This document shows, in pieces, positions 62,703 to 64,000 of a stretch of DNA of 64,000 nucleotides. The notes beneath the pieces were generated by a model. The model saw nothing but the letters and a program-made list of their open reading frames with translations. It made no database searches and had not been told where the DNA came from. Position 1 is the stretch's first letter. Every line of letters begins with the position of its first letter. This DNA comes from a plasmid. Where the stretch lies: the sequence record NZ_CP044066.1. One strand, 5' to 3'. The position numbers and the translations under genes are program-made.

Positions 62703-64000
62703 CTACGACTGCGCCAGCGCGACGACATCGATGACGCCGTCGGCGTCGTCCACGAGATCGGGCGTCTGCGAGATGAAGAACTCCCGCTGATACCCGCCAA
62801 CCCGCAGCACTTCGCGCTTCATCTTCATGAAGGCACGCTTGCGCTCCGGATCCAGCGGACCGTCAGCCTCATCGGTGAACAGCGTCTGGAAAGGCTGCTG
62901 CGCGTCCTGCGCCCGATACAGGGCAATTCCGCGCGTCAGGCACTCGTTGATCCAGACCTTCTGGCCCCCTGACATCACACCGAACTCCTTCATGGTGTCG
63001 TTGTCGGCATCGATCACGTTGATGGAGAAGCCCTCGCGCATCTCGCCGCTGGCCAGCGCCGTCTGCGTCTGGATCGCGATAGTGAATCGCGGTCCATAGC
63101 AGGCCAGGAGCAGGTCATTGACGATCTGCGTGATAGCCGGGCCCGCGTCATCGATGGACAACGCGATCACACCATCGTTGCCAAGGCCTTTCGCAAGCAG
63201 CTTCCACTTCGCGATCTCGTCAGAGATGGCCTGCGCCTTGGTCTCGAGCGCCGGCATGCCGGCGAGCTCAAGATCCAAACGACCGCGCTCGACCACCAGC
63301 ATGCTCTCCTGCCGAATCAGCGCTTCGATCCGGCCGGCAATGGCAGCGACAGCCTCACGGCCCGCTGCAATCTGGCGATCCAGCTGCGCCAGCATGCCGG
63401 TCACGTCCTCCGTGGCCAACGTTGCCAGCTCCCGACGCACCGTTTCGAGCTGGGATTGCACGTCCGCAACGTCGCGCTTGTGACGCTCAACTCGCGATGC
63501 ATCCTCCTCGATCAATGCCGCCAGATCTCGCTCGGCCTGCGCCAATCCTTCCCGCGCGGTAGCCATTAGCGGCATCTTGGCAGCCGTCGCGGTGAGGCGC
63601 TGCAAAAGCTGCTGATCGCGCAACAGATCCGCCTCGAGGGCGGAAAGCGCAGCCCGCGCCGTGGCACGTTCAGACACCTGCCCTTGCATCGACTGCATCT
63701 GCTCAAGCTTCTTGCGATAGCTTTCACGCAGCGCCTTGACGGATACGACCTGATCGCCGAGTTTCGCCTTGGCATTGCGGGCTTGCGCCAGCAATGGACA
63801 GGCGGCGTGCATCGGATCATCCCGGCATGGCACGGTGTCGATGACATCGGCCTGCAGCTTCAACGAGTCGGCCAATTTCGCGCCGGCAACGCCTTGCTGC
63901 TCCAGGCCCTTGAGCTCGGTGCTGAGCGAGGCATGCTCGACATAAGCCGCGTCGAACTTCTCCACGATGGCACGCTGGCTGGCAATGGCGTCCTGCCGCC
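62703..64000 (-). CDS. SMC/SbcC/Rad50-like ABC-type ATPase, C-terminal portion (5' end lies beyond the window)
   Basis: A long coiled-coil (Q/L/A/E/R-rich heptads) is followed by the ABC signature (VMSGGQKVWINECL) and Walker B/D-loop (LFTDEADGPLD). The frame is still open at position 64000. Confidence 0.7.
   Translation of the reverse strand, partial: RQDAIASQRAIVEKFDAAYVEHASLSTELKGLEQQGVAGAKLADSLKLQADVIDTVPCRDDPMHAACPLLAQARNAKAKLGDQVVSVKALRESYRKKLEQMQSMQGQVSERATARAALSALEADLLRDQQLLQRLTATAAKMPLMATAREGLAQAERDLAALIEEDASRVERHKRDVADVQSQLETVRRELATLATEDVTGMLAQLDRQIAAGREAVAAIAGRIEALIRQESMLVVERGRLDLELAGMPALETKAQAISDEIAKWKLLAKGLGNDGVIALSIDDAGPAITQIVNDLLLACYGPRFTIAIQTQTALASGEMREGFSINVIDADNDTMKEFGVMSGGQKVWINECLTRGIALYRAQDAQQPFQTLFTDEADGPLDPERKRAFMKMKREVLRVGGYQREFFISQTPDLVDDADGVIDVVALAQS

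Overview
This is a high-GC, gene-dense window that looks like an accessory region of a Burkholderiales-type (Burkholderia/Paraburkholderia/Cupriavidus-like) replicon; the taxon is inferred from an OmpC-type porin, a Bv3F-like H-NS N-terminus, GC-rich codon usage and many LysR regulators, not from any search. The region is a patchwork of housekeeping-like genes and clearly accessory/mobile material. In order: a family-1 glycosyltransferase translationally coupled to an amylo-alpha-1,6-glucosidase (GDE-like); an AI-2E transporter; NhaA and a transglutaminase-like protein; a KaiC-like double-RecA ATPase with an overlapping CheY-like receiver and no KaiB; a tail-to-tail pair of recombinase homologues (a tyrosine-recombinase-like protein and a serine-recombinase homologue whose catalytic residues appear substituted) separated by tandem terminators; five LysR regulators, four in divergent pairs with their target genes (M20 peptidase, MBL hydrolase, SDRs/HAD, MFS); a scar in which an intact IS21-family element (istA/istB, 5-bp CTTAG target duplication) sits beside an IS66 TnpA fragment fused to a LysR C-terminal fragment; and a large He_PIG-repeat + Kelch lipoprotein next to a stand-alone CadC/OmpR-type DNA-binding domain. 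The main functional block is a roughly 13-kb minus-strand catabolic island for 3-hydroxyanthranilate meta-cleavage. It carries nbaC-like 3-HAO, an ACMSD, 2-aminomuconate semialdehyde DH, a RidA-type deaminase, hydratase, decarboxylase, aldolase and acetaldehyde DH in the nbaE-H-J-I-G order, and it ends with an NADPH-dependent FMN-reductase-family gene and a DUF4863-like gene. Those last two suggest a 2-nitrobenzoate-type upper pathway. The island also holds a MHS transporter, a LysR, a porin and a flavin reductase, and it is flanked by a small tyrosine integrase followed by a 30-bp recombination-site-like palindrome. Further on are an orphan TRAP SBP, a Fic protein, three tandem Hsp20 genes, a secreted protein, an H-NS-family gene interrupted by an in-frame TAG, an isochorismatase, a zinc-ribbon (Cys4/His)-repeat protein with no canonical start, an HU-like protein with an AKP-rich histone-H1-like tail, two paralogues of a 94-aa protein 42 kb apart, and the C-terminal half of an SMC/SbcC-like ATPase that runs off the window edge. 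No rRNA, convincing tRNA or CRISPR array was seen. All family assignments come from motif recognition by eye and have not been checked against any database.
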